The translations under genes and the position numbers were made by a program. From Dipteris shenzhenensis (lineage: Eukaryota), in NCBI GenBank assembly GCA_047967505.1, contig CM106538.1: a DNA stretch of 64,000 nucleotides; one strand, 5' to 3'. Below the pieces are notes generated by a model, which was given only the letters and a program-made list of their open reading frames with translations, was not told the origin of the DNA and did not search any database. Positions within the stretch are counted from its first letter, which is position 1; the number at the start of each line of letters is the position of its first letter. Positions 53,661-64,000 of this stretch are shown here, in pieces.

Positions 53661-56600
53661 TCAAAACTTGCGAAGTTCAAAACTTGTGATTACAAAGCCG
53701 TCAACCATCATGTTCCTCAGTACAAATGTCCTCAATGCTAGGCCCTTGACTACCAGGTTCCTGACTAATAGGCTGCTCTGCTCTAAGACAATACCAATGC
53801 TCTCAATGCACCCTTGACTACCAGGGTCTTGACTAATAGGCTGCTCTAAGATTGGAGTCTCAGTAGCAAGGTCCTCAGTAGTTTGCTCTTCAGTTCCAAG
53901 CACTTGACTAGTAGGCTGCTCTAAAGTCTCATGTCCCAGTTCTTGGTGAGTAGGATCTTGGCTACTAGGCTCCTAACTAGTAGGTTGCTCTGGAGTCTGT
54001 AAGATCATGGTTGAAGAACCATCTATGCCTCCTGGTAACTCCTCCTGGTCATGCTTTGCCTCATCCATACCTTCTTTGGGTAAGGCTTCCTTGCTTGATC
54101 CACTTGCATGTCCTTCACCCAAGATCAAAGGTGCCTTCCTCACTCATAATTTCAAGGGAAGTGCTTGCACCTCTTTAGCCTTACCTTTTCCTATGACGTG
54201 CCATACTACTACTTCTTGTTGCTGCGAGCCTTCCCATATGATGAGTTGAACCTCCTTGACTCTAGTTAACAATTGATCACCCTTATTATTTGTGCGAATT
54301 TCTTCTTACTGTAAGTCATCGGATGCAGAGCTTTCATCCTCATCATCACCTAAGCTAGAATCATCACCCTCAGACTCACTACCCTCGTCTTCGACATTTT
54401 CCTCACTACCCTCTTCTTTGACATTTTCCTCTTCAAAGAAGGTAGTGCAACTGCAATATGTGTCAAAGAACTCAATCTGATGGGGGGTATCAATGACATT
54501 TACATTTCTACGTTGGTGTAGCAATTTCTCAACAGCAAAACCCATTCGATACAATGCTACTTCCCATCCATCATTCAGTAAATTATTTGTCATTTCTAGT
54601 ATCACATTAGGATCCATCGGCTTTCGGTAATCCACCATTGCTGCATCAAGTTTAACCTTATTGTCCTCAAAGTAATGAAGCTCGAGAGTCCTTAAAGGAA
54701 TTTTGATTAGATTGCCACCACCCCTGGATAAGTAGTACATCAAGAAAGGCTACAAGACTTGAATGGCAGTGCCTTCTACAGTCATATGATTGCGTAGGAC
54801 TATACCATGGTATACTTTTGAAAGTAAATACCCAAATGCAGATGTCAAACTTGCATACAAGGCATCCCTTTGTGATTCTATCATGAACAGGACCAACGTT
54901 GATCTTTTCTTATCTGCCATAGGACCTTCTATGATAAACCGCACAAGTTCAACTATCTGTTACACTGCAAGGTCTTGCAATTCATCTATGAAAAATACAC
55001 ATGGCTTCTCCCAAGCATGACCGCTTATTGTTATGAAATGTATGTATCAATGCCATTGATGTGTGCGAAATTTGTATCATTCTCTGATAGCAAGATATCA
55101 TAGGAGAAGCTGAATGGAGAACCATCATCTAAACCACCAATTGCTCTACCTTGGGCAGTGGATTGCAAGGCCTTTTTCTTGATGTCCATATATTCTGTCT
55201 CAATAACCTTTGGCATTTTAACTCTTAGATCCATTGTTGGTGTGGCATCTGCATCCATTGAAGCCAATCACTTTCTAGCCCATGTCTTATCAAGGAGTTG
55301 ACCTAGGCTAAGTGCTTTCTTCTTATCCACATTAATTGACTTGCCAACTAACTCATCATCAGATTTCAATAAAAACAATAGTGTCGAGAGAGCAGCCTCA
55401 CTTTGAATCATTCGGGTGACCACTTCATCCAAGTTGCTATGGTTGCTCTTCTTTCCAAAGAAGCAGTCACCGCTTAGGATCTTCTTGCATACTTCTTCTG
55501 TTATTGCATCTGGAACAAACCTTAATGCTCTCCACCAAACAATACACATCGGTTTCATTATTTCTTTCCTCTGAGTTGCACTGTGCTCTGGTGCCTCAAA
55601 GGATATCTTTCCTGTTTCATATGGTTGGCAAACATCCACCATGCTCTAAAACACTGAGTCCTTGCGGAAGACAATGCAAGTAACATCCCTGTCTCTTACA
55701 ACGGTGGTGTTCAGATCCTTTGCCTCAACCTTATTACTTGGTATGCCTTGCGTATTACTTTACAACACCTTTCAAGCATCTATAGAATGGTGTGCTCTTT
55801 GCCATGTACTCAGATGTAGGTCTCTTGCCCTTCACTGTTTGTGGCTTTCCATAGCCCACCCATAACTCCCTTGCCTTTATCAGGATCTCAAAAAGAGAAG
55901 AGCTATTTTTCAACCTAAATGGAGTAGAATTTAGCCTTTTTGATTCTAGAATGAACTTCGAGTCATCGTTAAATATGCATACATGACAAATGACCCATTG
56001 AAACTTTTCCATCCACTCAATCTATGGCAAGTTTCCTTTTCTTCCCTCATCAAAGGCGATCCTGCAAGCTTCACAAAAGTGTTGCCCATCAATGGGCTCA
56101 AACCTGCATCGTTCCAAGAATCTATTCTTTGCCAGCATGTATCTCTTCTCGATGTCAGTCCCATATTGGCTTTGGTACAAAAACTCTCCACGAACAAAGT
56201 CACTCCTTCTAAGGTTCTCAAAAGCATCAAGAAAGTCCATGCGCTTTTGAAATGTGACATCAGGCAATGTAGGATCATCTTCTTGAAGTCTCTTAAACAC
56301 CATAGGATGAAGAGTCATATTAGTGGCAACTGGAGTTCTTGTTTTCCTCGTATCTTCATACAATTTGCATGCAAATGTCTTATCTAGCTTTCTTTGATTT
56401 ATGAACAATGAAGCTCAATCAATAAGCATTGTGGCCATGCGGAATTGTGAAAATCCCTAAATATACCCCTCATCCTCTGGAGGATTTAAGTCTACCACAC
56501 TTATAGAAAAGTCTGCGAGACTTGTATCTTCTTCTTGCGGATCCTCCTGATCATCACTATTCAATTTTTCGCCTGGTTTTAAATAACCTACACTTGAACG

Positions 56601-57191
56601 ATCTGTGCATGGAGTAGGAGTTATTTTTGCTCTCTTTTTGGGAATAGTTGTGGAACTTGAATCTGCTCCACGATCACTCCTTGTTCCTATAGTTGTAGTA
56701 GTCGATGGTGTAGGTACAGTTGGAGATACTGTAGTTACTACTATAGATATTGTAGTTACTCTTGTCAGAGATACTGTAGTTATCACCACATATATTGGCA
56801 GAACAACTTGAGGGTTACATGTTATAGATGGCATACTTACTACTGCTGAAGGTACAACACCACCACTTGGAAATGCATCCCACATTTTCTTCAATGCTTC
56901 CAAGGCACTAAGTAATTCTTGGGATCCCTCAATTAAATTTGGTAAGGGCTTCAAGAAGTGCTTGTAGACCACATCATCATTCTTCCCTTTGCACACAACT
57001 TCTATCAAATTGTTTTCTTTAATGTTAATGGTTGAGACCATGCCACCATTTCTTACTGCCTGTGGAGAATATTTCACGCTTGACACATTCTTGGCAGTGA
57101 TCACAAAAAAATACTTTGATTTGCGCTTCATAAAATACCAAGCATGTTCAAGATATTTAAAAGACACCTTGGAACCAAAACTCAAAGCCAT
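53661..57191 (-). pseudogene. Large decayed ORF (~1,170 codons) with ParB/DGQHR-like motifs, possible degenerate methyltransferase-like region and acidic tail
   Basis: Eight consecutive minus-strand ORFs, mostly one frame; NQRKLD (~56390), FEPIDGQH (DGQH within 56079-56093), KPMDP..NLLNDGWEV..RRNVNVID. Confidence 0.6.
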
Positions 57192-57779
57192 AGTTCTCTG
57201 CAAAGCAATCAAAAACAAAAAATGAGAATTACAATGATTTTCAAACTCAAAATATTAAAAAAATTGCTAATTAAATATTTAAATATTAAAAATTAAAAAT
57301 TAATTAAAATTCCAAAAGATTAAATATATTTAAAAAAATATTTTTATATTGCGAGATACTATTTTTAATCTAATATTTTTCTACATAAATAATTTAATTA
57401 AAAATATTTTATAAACATAGATAAAAGAATTTAATTTAATTTTCCTAAAATTTTATTTAATTTTTTAAAATGTTTATTTTATTTATTTATATATATATCT
57501 ATATATTTAAAATGTAATTTATTTTTTCTTTAAAAAAAATATTTTTTAAATTTTATTTATTTATTTAATTTTAATTTTTAAATTAAATTAAATTTATTAA
57601 TTTAATTTTTAATTTTTTAAATTATTTTAAATTATTTATTTATATATTAAAAATTTAATTTAATTTTTTTGCATTTTATTTATTTATTTATTTTTTTAAA
57701 AATTAAATTACTTAAATTAATTTTTTTCTTTTTCTTTTTTTTTAAAGGAGCCCCAAAGGGCCTCCACTTAAGGAGAGGA

Positions 57780-58236
57780 GGGGATTAACCCCCCATAACC
57801 TGTTGCGCACGCAACAGGTTAGGGGGGATTAATCCCCCCGCCTCCCCGTCCCCCCGCCCTCCCCTCCCCTCCCCTCCTCTCCCGTCTGCCTGCCCCTCCC
57901 CGCCCCTCCCCTCTCCTCCCGCCTCCCTGCCTCTCCCCTCCCCTCCCCTCCCCTCTCGTCTCCCCTCCCCGCCCCTCCCGTCTCCCCTCTCCTCCCGCCT
58001 CCCTGCCCCGCCCTCCTGTCCTCCTCCCCACCCTCCCCTCCCCTCCCCTCCCCTCCCCTCCCCTCCCCTCTTGCCTCCCCGCCCCTCTCCCTCCTCGGGG
58101 AGGGGAGGTGGGAGGGGAGGGAAGGGGAGGGTAGGGAGGCAGGGGGATTAACCCCCCCTAACCTGTTGCGTGCACAACAGGTTAGGGGGGGTTAATCCCC
58201 TCGTGCACGCAATAGGTTAGGGGGGGTTAATCCCCC
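57780..58236. repeat. ~60-bp palindromes (two full, one partial)
   Basis: GGGATTAACCCCCC(A)TAACCTGTTGCG-CA-CGCAACAGGTTAGGGGGGATTAATCCC at 57781; copies at 58142 and 58202. Confidence 0.9.
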
Positions 58237-59420
58237 CGCCCTCCCCTCTCCTCCTGCCTCCCCGCCCCTCCCTCCCGTCCTCCTTCTCTCCTCGCCCTGC
58301 CCCTCCCCTCCCCTCCCCTCCCACCCCTCCTCGCCCCTCCCCTCTCGCCTCCCCTCCTCGCTCCTCGTCCCGCCCCTCCCCTCCCCTCCTCTCCTCGCCC
58401 TGCCCCTCCCCTCCCCTCTCGCCCCTCCTCGTCTCTCCCCTCTTGCCTCCCCTCCCCACTCCCTGCCCCTCCCCCCTCCCGTCCTCCTGTCCCTGCTCCC
58501 CGCCCTCCCGTCCTCCTCCCCTCCTTGCTCCGCCCCTCCCCTCCTACCTCCCCACCCTGCCTCGCCCCGCCCCTCCCCTCCCGCCTCCCCGCCCTGCCTC
58601 GCCCCGCCCCTCCCCTCCTACACCTCGCCGCCCTTTCCCTCCCACCCCTCCCTGCCCCTCCCCTCCCACCCCTCCCCGCCCTTCCCCTCTCGCCTCCCCT
58701 CCCTGCTCCCCGCCCCACCCCTCCCCTCCCCTCCCCTCCCCACCCTGCCGCTCCTCCCCTCCCGCCCCTCCCCTCTCGCCTCCCCTCCTCGCTCCCCACC
58801 CCTCCCCCCTCTCGCTTGCCCCTCCTCCTCTCCTCTCTCCTCTTCCTGCCCCTCCCCTCCCCTCCCCTCTCCCCTCTCCTACCCTCACCTCCCCCTCACC
58901 GCTCGGAGGGGGAAGCGGGAGAAGAGGGGAAGGAAAGTGGGAGGAGAGGGGAAGGGAGGGGAGGGGAGGGAGGAAGGGAGGGGAAGCAAGAGAAGAGGGA
59001 AGGGGAAGGGGGAGGAGAGGGGAGGTGAGGGGAGGAGAGGGGAGAGGGGAGGGGAGGGGGGGGGGAAGCGGGAGTAGAGGGAAGGGGAGGGGGAAGGAAG
59101 GAAGGGAGGGGAGGGGAGGGAGGGGAAGGGGAAGTGGGAGGAGGGAGAGGACAGGGGAAGGGAGGGGGAAGGGAGGGGAAGGGAGGAGAGGGGAAGGGGG
59201 AAGCGAAAGGAGGGAGGGGGGAGGGTAGAGGGGAAGCGGGAGGAGAGGGGAAGGGAGGAGAGAGAGGAAGCGGGAGGAGAGGGGATGGGAAGCGGGAGGA
59301 GGTGGGAAGGGAGGGGAGGGAGAAGAGGGGTTGGGAAGCGGGAGGAGAGGGAAAGGGAGGGGAGGGAGGAGAGGGGAAGGCGGGGAGGGAGGGAGTACCT
59401 GGGTGGGGAGGTGGTGGAGG
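58237..59420. repeat. C-rich then G-rich (CCCCT/AGGGG) imperfect foldback
   Basis: Strand switch centred at ~58900. Confidence 0.9.
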
Positions 59421-59454
59421 AGCTCCAGAAAGTTGTGAGAGAGAATGAGTAGAG

Positions 59455-59542
59455 TTTTATAGGAAAGTGGTAGCTTTCAGGTCAAGTAAGCTTTTTTTAG
59501 TTTTTAAGGTTTTTTTAGTTCTTTTAGGTTCACTATAAGTAG
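59455..59542. promoter_or_regulatory. Putative bidirectional promoter
   Basis: CCTATAAAA (minus, 59463-59455) and CTATAAG (plus, 59533), each followed by a CT-rich leader and a splice donor (59398 minus, 59653 plus). Confidence 0.5.
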
Positions 59543-61096
59543 AACGTTTTTCATCCTCTCTTTCATTCAAAGTTCATTCTTTCACACTCCACGCTTCTCT
59601 CCTCTCATCAACCTGTTGCAAGATTCTCAAAATTTTCAAAATGTTGTAAGAGGTGAGTTCATTTCCAACCTATTGCGTATGCAAGAACTTCTAAGAATCA
59701 AGTTTTTGTAAATTTGAGTTTTTTTTCAAATCCGATTCTTTTCTCAAAAACTTATTGCGTACGCGACTTCAAAAAACCATCTTTTGCATTAAATCTTTTT
59801 TTCCACAAATTTCCCTCTTTACCTCAAACTCTCACAACCTATTGTCACAAATTTCTCTCAATCTCAAACTCTCCCAGCCTATTGGGCACGTAATAATTTT
59901 TCAAAATAAATAAATTAGAAAACAATCTATTACAAATTTCTCTCTCAACCTTAAAACCACTCAAACCTCCCTACCTATTGTGTGTACGCAAGAACTTCAA
60001 AACAAAATTTCACCATAAATCTCTCCAAAAACTCTTCCCATGACACTTTATTAATATTTATAATATTCTTAATCCATAATATAATAAATTTTTATTAACT
60101 AATATTAAAATATAATTTTGCTAAAAATATATATTTTTAATCTATAAATTAATATAAATATTATATAAATATATATATAAATACATTAATTAAAAAAATA
60201 TAACAATGAAAATATTTTTGAATGGGAGGTCTTCTAGCATATGTGCTTTATATAATACTTATGCTTAAAACAATGAAGAATTAGTGAATATATTAGTAAG
60301 GTAGTCCTTAATATGAAAAATCTCTATAATATTATGTATTTGTAAGGTAGTTCTTAATATGAAAAATCTCTACAATATTCTTCTTGCTATTAACTAGATA
60401 TTAAATTTTAGTTTTAATAAAAATATACATTATTAACTTAAAAACTAATATAAATATAATGTAATTATTATATAAATTTATATAAATATATAAATTATTA
60501 ATATTATACATTAATAACATTTAAAATTATATATATTATATACTAATAACCTTCAAATTTCAAAAAGGTAGTCAATCAAAGAATTGAATTAATTTAAAAA
60601 ATAAGAAAATATTAAAATTTACACAAGTGCTTTTAGCATGTATGCTTTTCTTCCATGTGTATAATACTTGTTAGTCGAAGAATGAAGAATTAGATAATGT
60701 ATTTGTAAGGTAGGTATTTAAAACCATAGAATCTGAAAGAGGTTTAGCAAACTTGCTTATCTTTGTTACAATATGTAATACTTTGCAAAAGCCTTAAACT
60801 TTGTTTAAGGCTTTGCACAAAACTACAGTATCATTGAATCCATATCATTTTTCTACCTTAGCAACCACCAGATATCCATGATATGAATCCATGATATGGA
60901 ATACATATTTCTTATGAATATTTATTATCACATACTTCTTCATTTCTTCTGATACACCATGTAGCATGAATGTAAGAAAATATGAATCGGTGTGCTTTTA
61001 GCCTATGTGCTTATTCCTAATAAGTAGGATACTTTAACTAGGTAGACTTATAATTACTTAAAGTAAAGCCTTTGCAAAGGATCGTACCTAGTATTG

Positions 61097-62400
61097 GATA
61101 TATCCAACCTGTTGCACAAATCAAGAATTTTCTTGATTTGTGCAACAGATTGGATATACGGTTGTTTGAATAAACTTTAAACTATTAATACCAAAACATC
61201 TTAACCACCGTAAATCCTAAACTTTAAACATTTAATTCCTAAACCCTAAACCCTAAATCCTAAACTCCTAAATGATAAATCCTAAACCCTAAATCCTAAA
61301 TCCTAAACCCTAAACTCTAAATCCTAAACCCTAAATCCTAAATTCTAAACCCTAAACCCTAACCCTAATCCCTAATCCTCAAATACAACCAAAATTTAAT
61401 GAAATTTTTTGATTTGTGCAACAAGTTGGATATATCTCCCAACCTGTTGCTTGAGCAATAGGTTAGGGGATATATCCAACTTGTTGCACAAATCAAAAAA
61501 ATTGCACAAATCAGGAATTTTCTTGATTTGTGCAACAAATTGGATATACGGTTGGGGATGCACCCCCAACCTGTTACTTGAGCAACAGGTTGGGGGATAT
61601 ATCCAACCTGTTGCACAAATCAAGAAAATTACACAAATCAAGGATTTTCTTGATTTGTACAACAGATTGGATATACGATTGGGGGTGCACCCCTAACCTA
61701 TTACTTGAGCAACAGGTTGGGGGATATATCGAACCTGTTCCACAAGTCAAGAATTTTCTTAATTTGTGCAACAGATTGGATTGAGCAACAAGTTGGGGGA
61801 TATATCCAACCTGTTGCACAAATCAAGAAAATTCCTTAATTTGTGCAACAAATTGGATATACCTCCCAACCTGTTGCAAGAGGTTGGGGGTGCACCCCCA
61901 ACCTGTTGCTTGAGCAACAGGTTGGGAGATATTCAACCTATTGCACAAATCAATAATTTTCTTGATTTGTGGAATAGATTGGATATATCTCCCAAGTTGT
62001 CGCTCAAGCAATAGGTTGGGGGATATATCCAACTTATTCTACAAGTCAAGAATTTTCTTGATTTGTGCAACAGGTTGATATACCCCCCAACCTGTTAATC
62101 AATATATCCAACCTGTTCCACAAGTCAAGAATTTTCTTGATTTGTGCAACAGGTTGGATATATCCCCTAACCTGTTGCTCAATCCAACCTGTTGCACAAA
62201 TCAAGAAAATTCTTAACTTGTGGAATAGGTTGGATATATCTCCTAACCTATTGCTCAAGCAACAGGTTGGGGATGCACCCCCAACCATATATCCAATCTG
62301 TTGCACAAATCAAGAAAATTCTTGATTTGTGCAACAGGTTGGATATATCCCCCAACCTGTTGATATATCCAACCTGTTGCACAAATCAAAAAAATTCATT
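61097..62400. repeat. Array of alternating-orientation CCAACCTGTTGC motifs with palindromic spacers
   Basis: Spacers GATATATC, GGTGCACC, TTGA, ACAAATCAAGAATTTTCTTGATTTGT. Confidence 0.92.
61171..61436. repeat. Left arm of inverted repeat with degenerate (CCCTAAA)n
   Basis: Reverse complement of 62362-62579. Confidence 0.9.
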
Positions 62401-62596
62401 AAATTTTGGTTGTATTTTAGGGTTAGGGTTTAGGGTTTAGGATTTAGGATTTAGCACTTAGGATTTAGAGTTTAGGGTTTAGGATTTATGGTCTAGGAGT
62501 TTATGGTTTAGGAATTAAATGTTTAAAGTTTAGGATTTATGGTGGTTAAGATGTTTTGGTATTAATTGTTTAAAGTTTAGGATGTAGGGTTTAGGT
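62362..62596. repeat. Right arm of inverted repeat with degenerate (TTTAGGG)n
   Basis: Reverse complement of 61171-61436. Confidence 0.9.
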
Positions 62597-62708
62597 TTAA
62601 TGCCTTCTCTGCTAGTTTTGATATAAAAGTTATTAAGTAATAATAAGCTCAATGATTATTTATTGTGTCTTTTTTTGAGTTACTAATCTATTTTTGTACA
62701 TAAAACAG

Positions 62709-63113
62709 GTATTCATGCTAACAGAGGGTATGAATGTGGCGTTATATAAGAAGAATAAAGTGGTGGCTTTTGGACGAATTCATAGTCTTGATCCTATGAA
62801 TGTTTGTCATTTCCAACATTGTGGTGAGAGAAGATGTGTAGTGATAATAACCAACGTTGTAAATCCTGAAGTACATTTAAAATATCCACATGGAGTCTTT
62901 GAAACATTGTGAGATATCTTACAATGTGACATATTTGATATGCAAGCACACAGAATGCTCTGGGACCAAGATGAAATTATTCCAAAGACATACTTTCAAG
63001 ATATCAAGAAAACTTATTTTGAGGGGGAAAAAGTAGAGATGTTATCTTGCTCTGGAGAAGTTTTAGCAATTGGCAACTTTGATGCTTTGTGGAGTGAGGT
63101 AGCAATCCTCTAA
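62709..63113 (+). pseudogene. Tnp1/En-Spm (CACTA TnpA-associated)-like domain fragment
   Basis: VVAFGRIHSLDPMNVCH..RCVVIITNVVNPEVHLKYPHGVFETL*D..MLW; start of a second repeat VEMLSCSGEVLAIG; CAG acceptor at 62708. Confidence 0.6.
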
Positions 63114-64000
63114 GGTTCCTCTGTTTTTTGCAAGCTTTTCTAGACTATTTTTGAAGTTTGATGTTACACTAAATGCTAAGGTGATGCTTGAGGAATAAAG
63201 TATAGATCAGAGATTCTGAGATTACTTTTTAAGTTTAGTTGAATGAATTTTTCACCTTTTATGTTGAGGATTGAGGTTATGATACTTTGAAGTGGATTTC
63301 AAGTCATACTATCTTGTTGACTAGTTGACTAGTTGACTAGTGTGGATTGATTAACCACCATAATAAGAGCTTTCATGAAGGAAGAATATATCATGACTTG
63401 CATGATGGTTTCCAATGGATATGATTGGAACAAAGGTTTCAACTACAACCATTATGAATCTTATTTTGAATATGCTTTAGTTATGGTCTCAGTATCTTTC
63501 ATGATGTGGAAAATGTACTTGCATTTGGTTGACTATACCTTGCCATAAAATCATGACCACTTCTTGTACAAGAGTAGAAACTACCCTTGCATGACAAGTG
63601 GTAAGACCCTCTTCAGTCCATATAATTCACAAAATGGTTTTAAACCTTGGACACTCAAAGAAACTGAAGGACTACAAGGATCTTGTATTGCAGAATATGG
63701 ACAAGATACATTAAAGAGTGTGGAGAAGGACAAAGAGGAAAGGAGCTACAAGATTGGATACACCAAGAACGTCTCCAATGACAATGCACCTCACACTATG
63801 GTAGCTTGGAAGAGAAGAAGGAAAAGGACAAGATATGCCATCAAAGGGGGGTATTTCCCCACATCTTCCACTTAAAATAATTTTGTGTGTGTGGTCAATA
63901 AGGGTTCTTTGCCTTGGGATGTCCCCCTCAAATGATTGTTAGCCTTATGTGTTACCTTGTTGGATCTAAGGGTATTCCCATGCATAGTGATTGTCTATCT

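Noticed and set aside
57819-59448. Gly/Arg- and Pro-rich ORFs
   Set aside because: Artefacts of stop-free low-complexity DNA
61097-62400. CRISPR-like array and its many short ORFs
   Set aside because: Spacers are reused and palindromic, there are no cas genes, the context is eukaryotic, and the ORFs are repeat translations
61215-62596. True telomere or fusion site
   Set aside because: Tracts are short, degenerate, part of inverted arms, and point outward rather than as in an end-to-end fusion
63500-64000. Possible retroelement 3' end (ORF 63564-63875)
   Set aside because: Too decayed to assign

Overview
Eukaryotic, plant-type DNA, probably from a non-seed plant (inferred from the Replitron and Chlamys/Naiad-type Penelope element), made up mostly of transposons. 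The only clear host gene is the 5' part of an organellar histidyl-tRNA synthetase (2 exons, minus strand, 21067-20405). Its second intron runs off the left edge (>20 kb) and holds a five-level nest of LTR elements: gypsy > chromovirus > LTR-less copia fragment > gag-only element > gag-only element. Upstream of the gene are a decayed Replitron HUH transposase, a MULE-like transposase split by a 9.5-kb gypsy element (extra RNase H, 4-bp TSD, tRNA-Ala PBS), LTR/MITE debris and a Penelope-like element ending in (CA)n. The most unusual part is 53.6-63.1 kb. There a ~1,170-codon decayed ParB/DGQH-like gene and a Tnp1/En-Spm-like gene appear to diverge from back-to-back TATA boxes. Each has a multi-kb 5' intron packed with palindromes of one motif (CCAACCTGTTGC); the introns also hold a C-rich/G-rich foldback and inverted telomere-repeat tracts. 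All family calls come from motif recognition by eye, not database searches.
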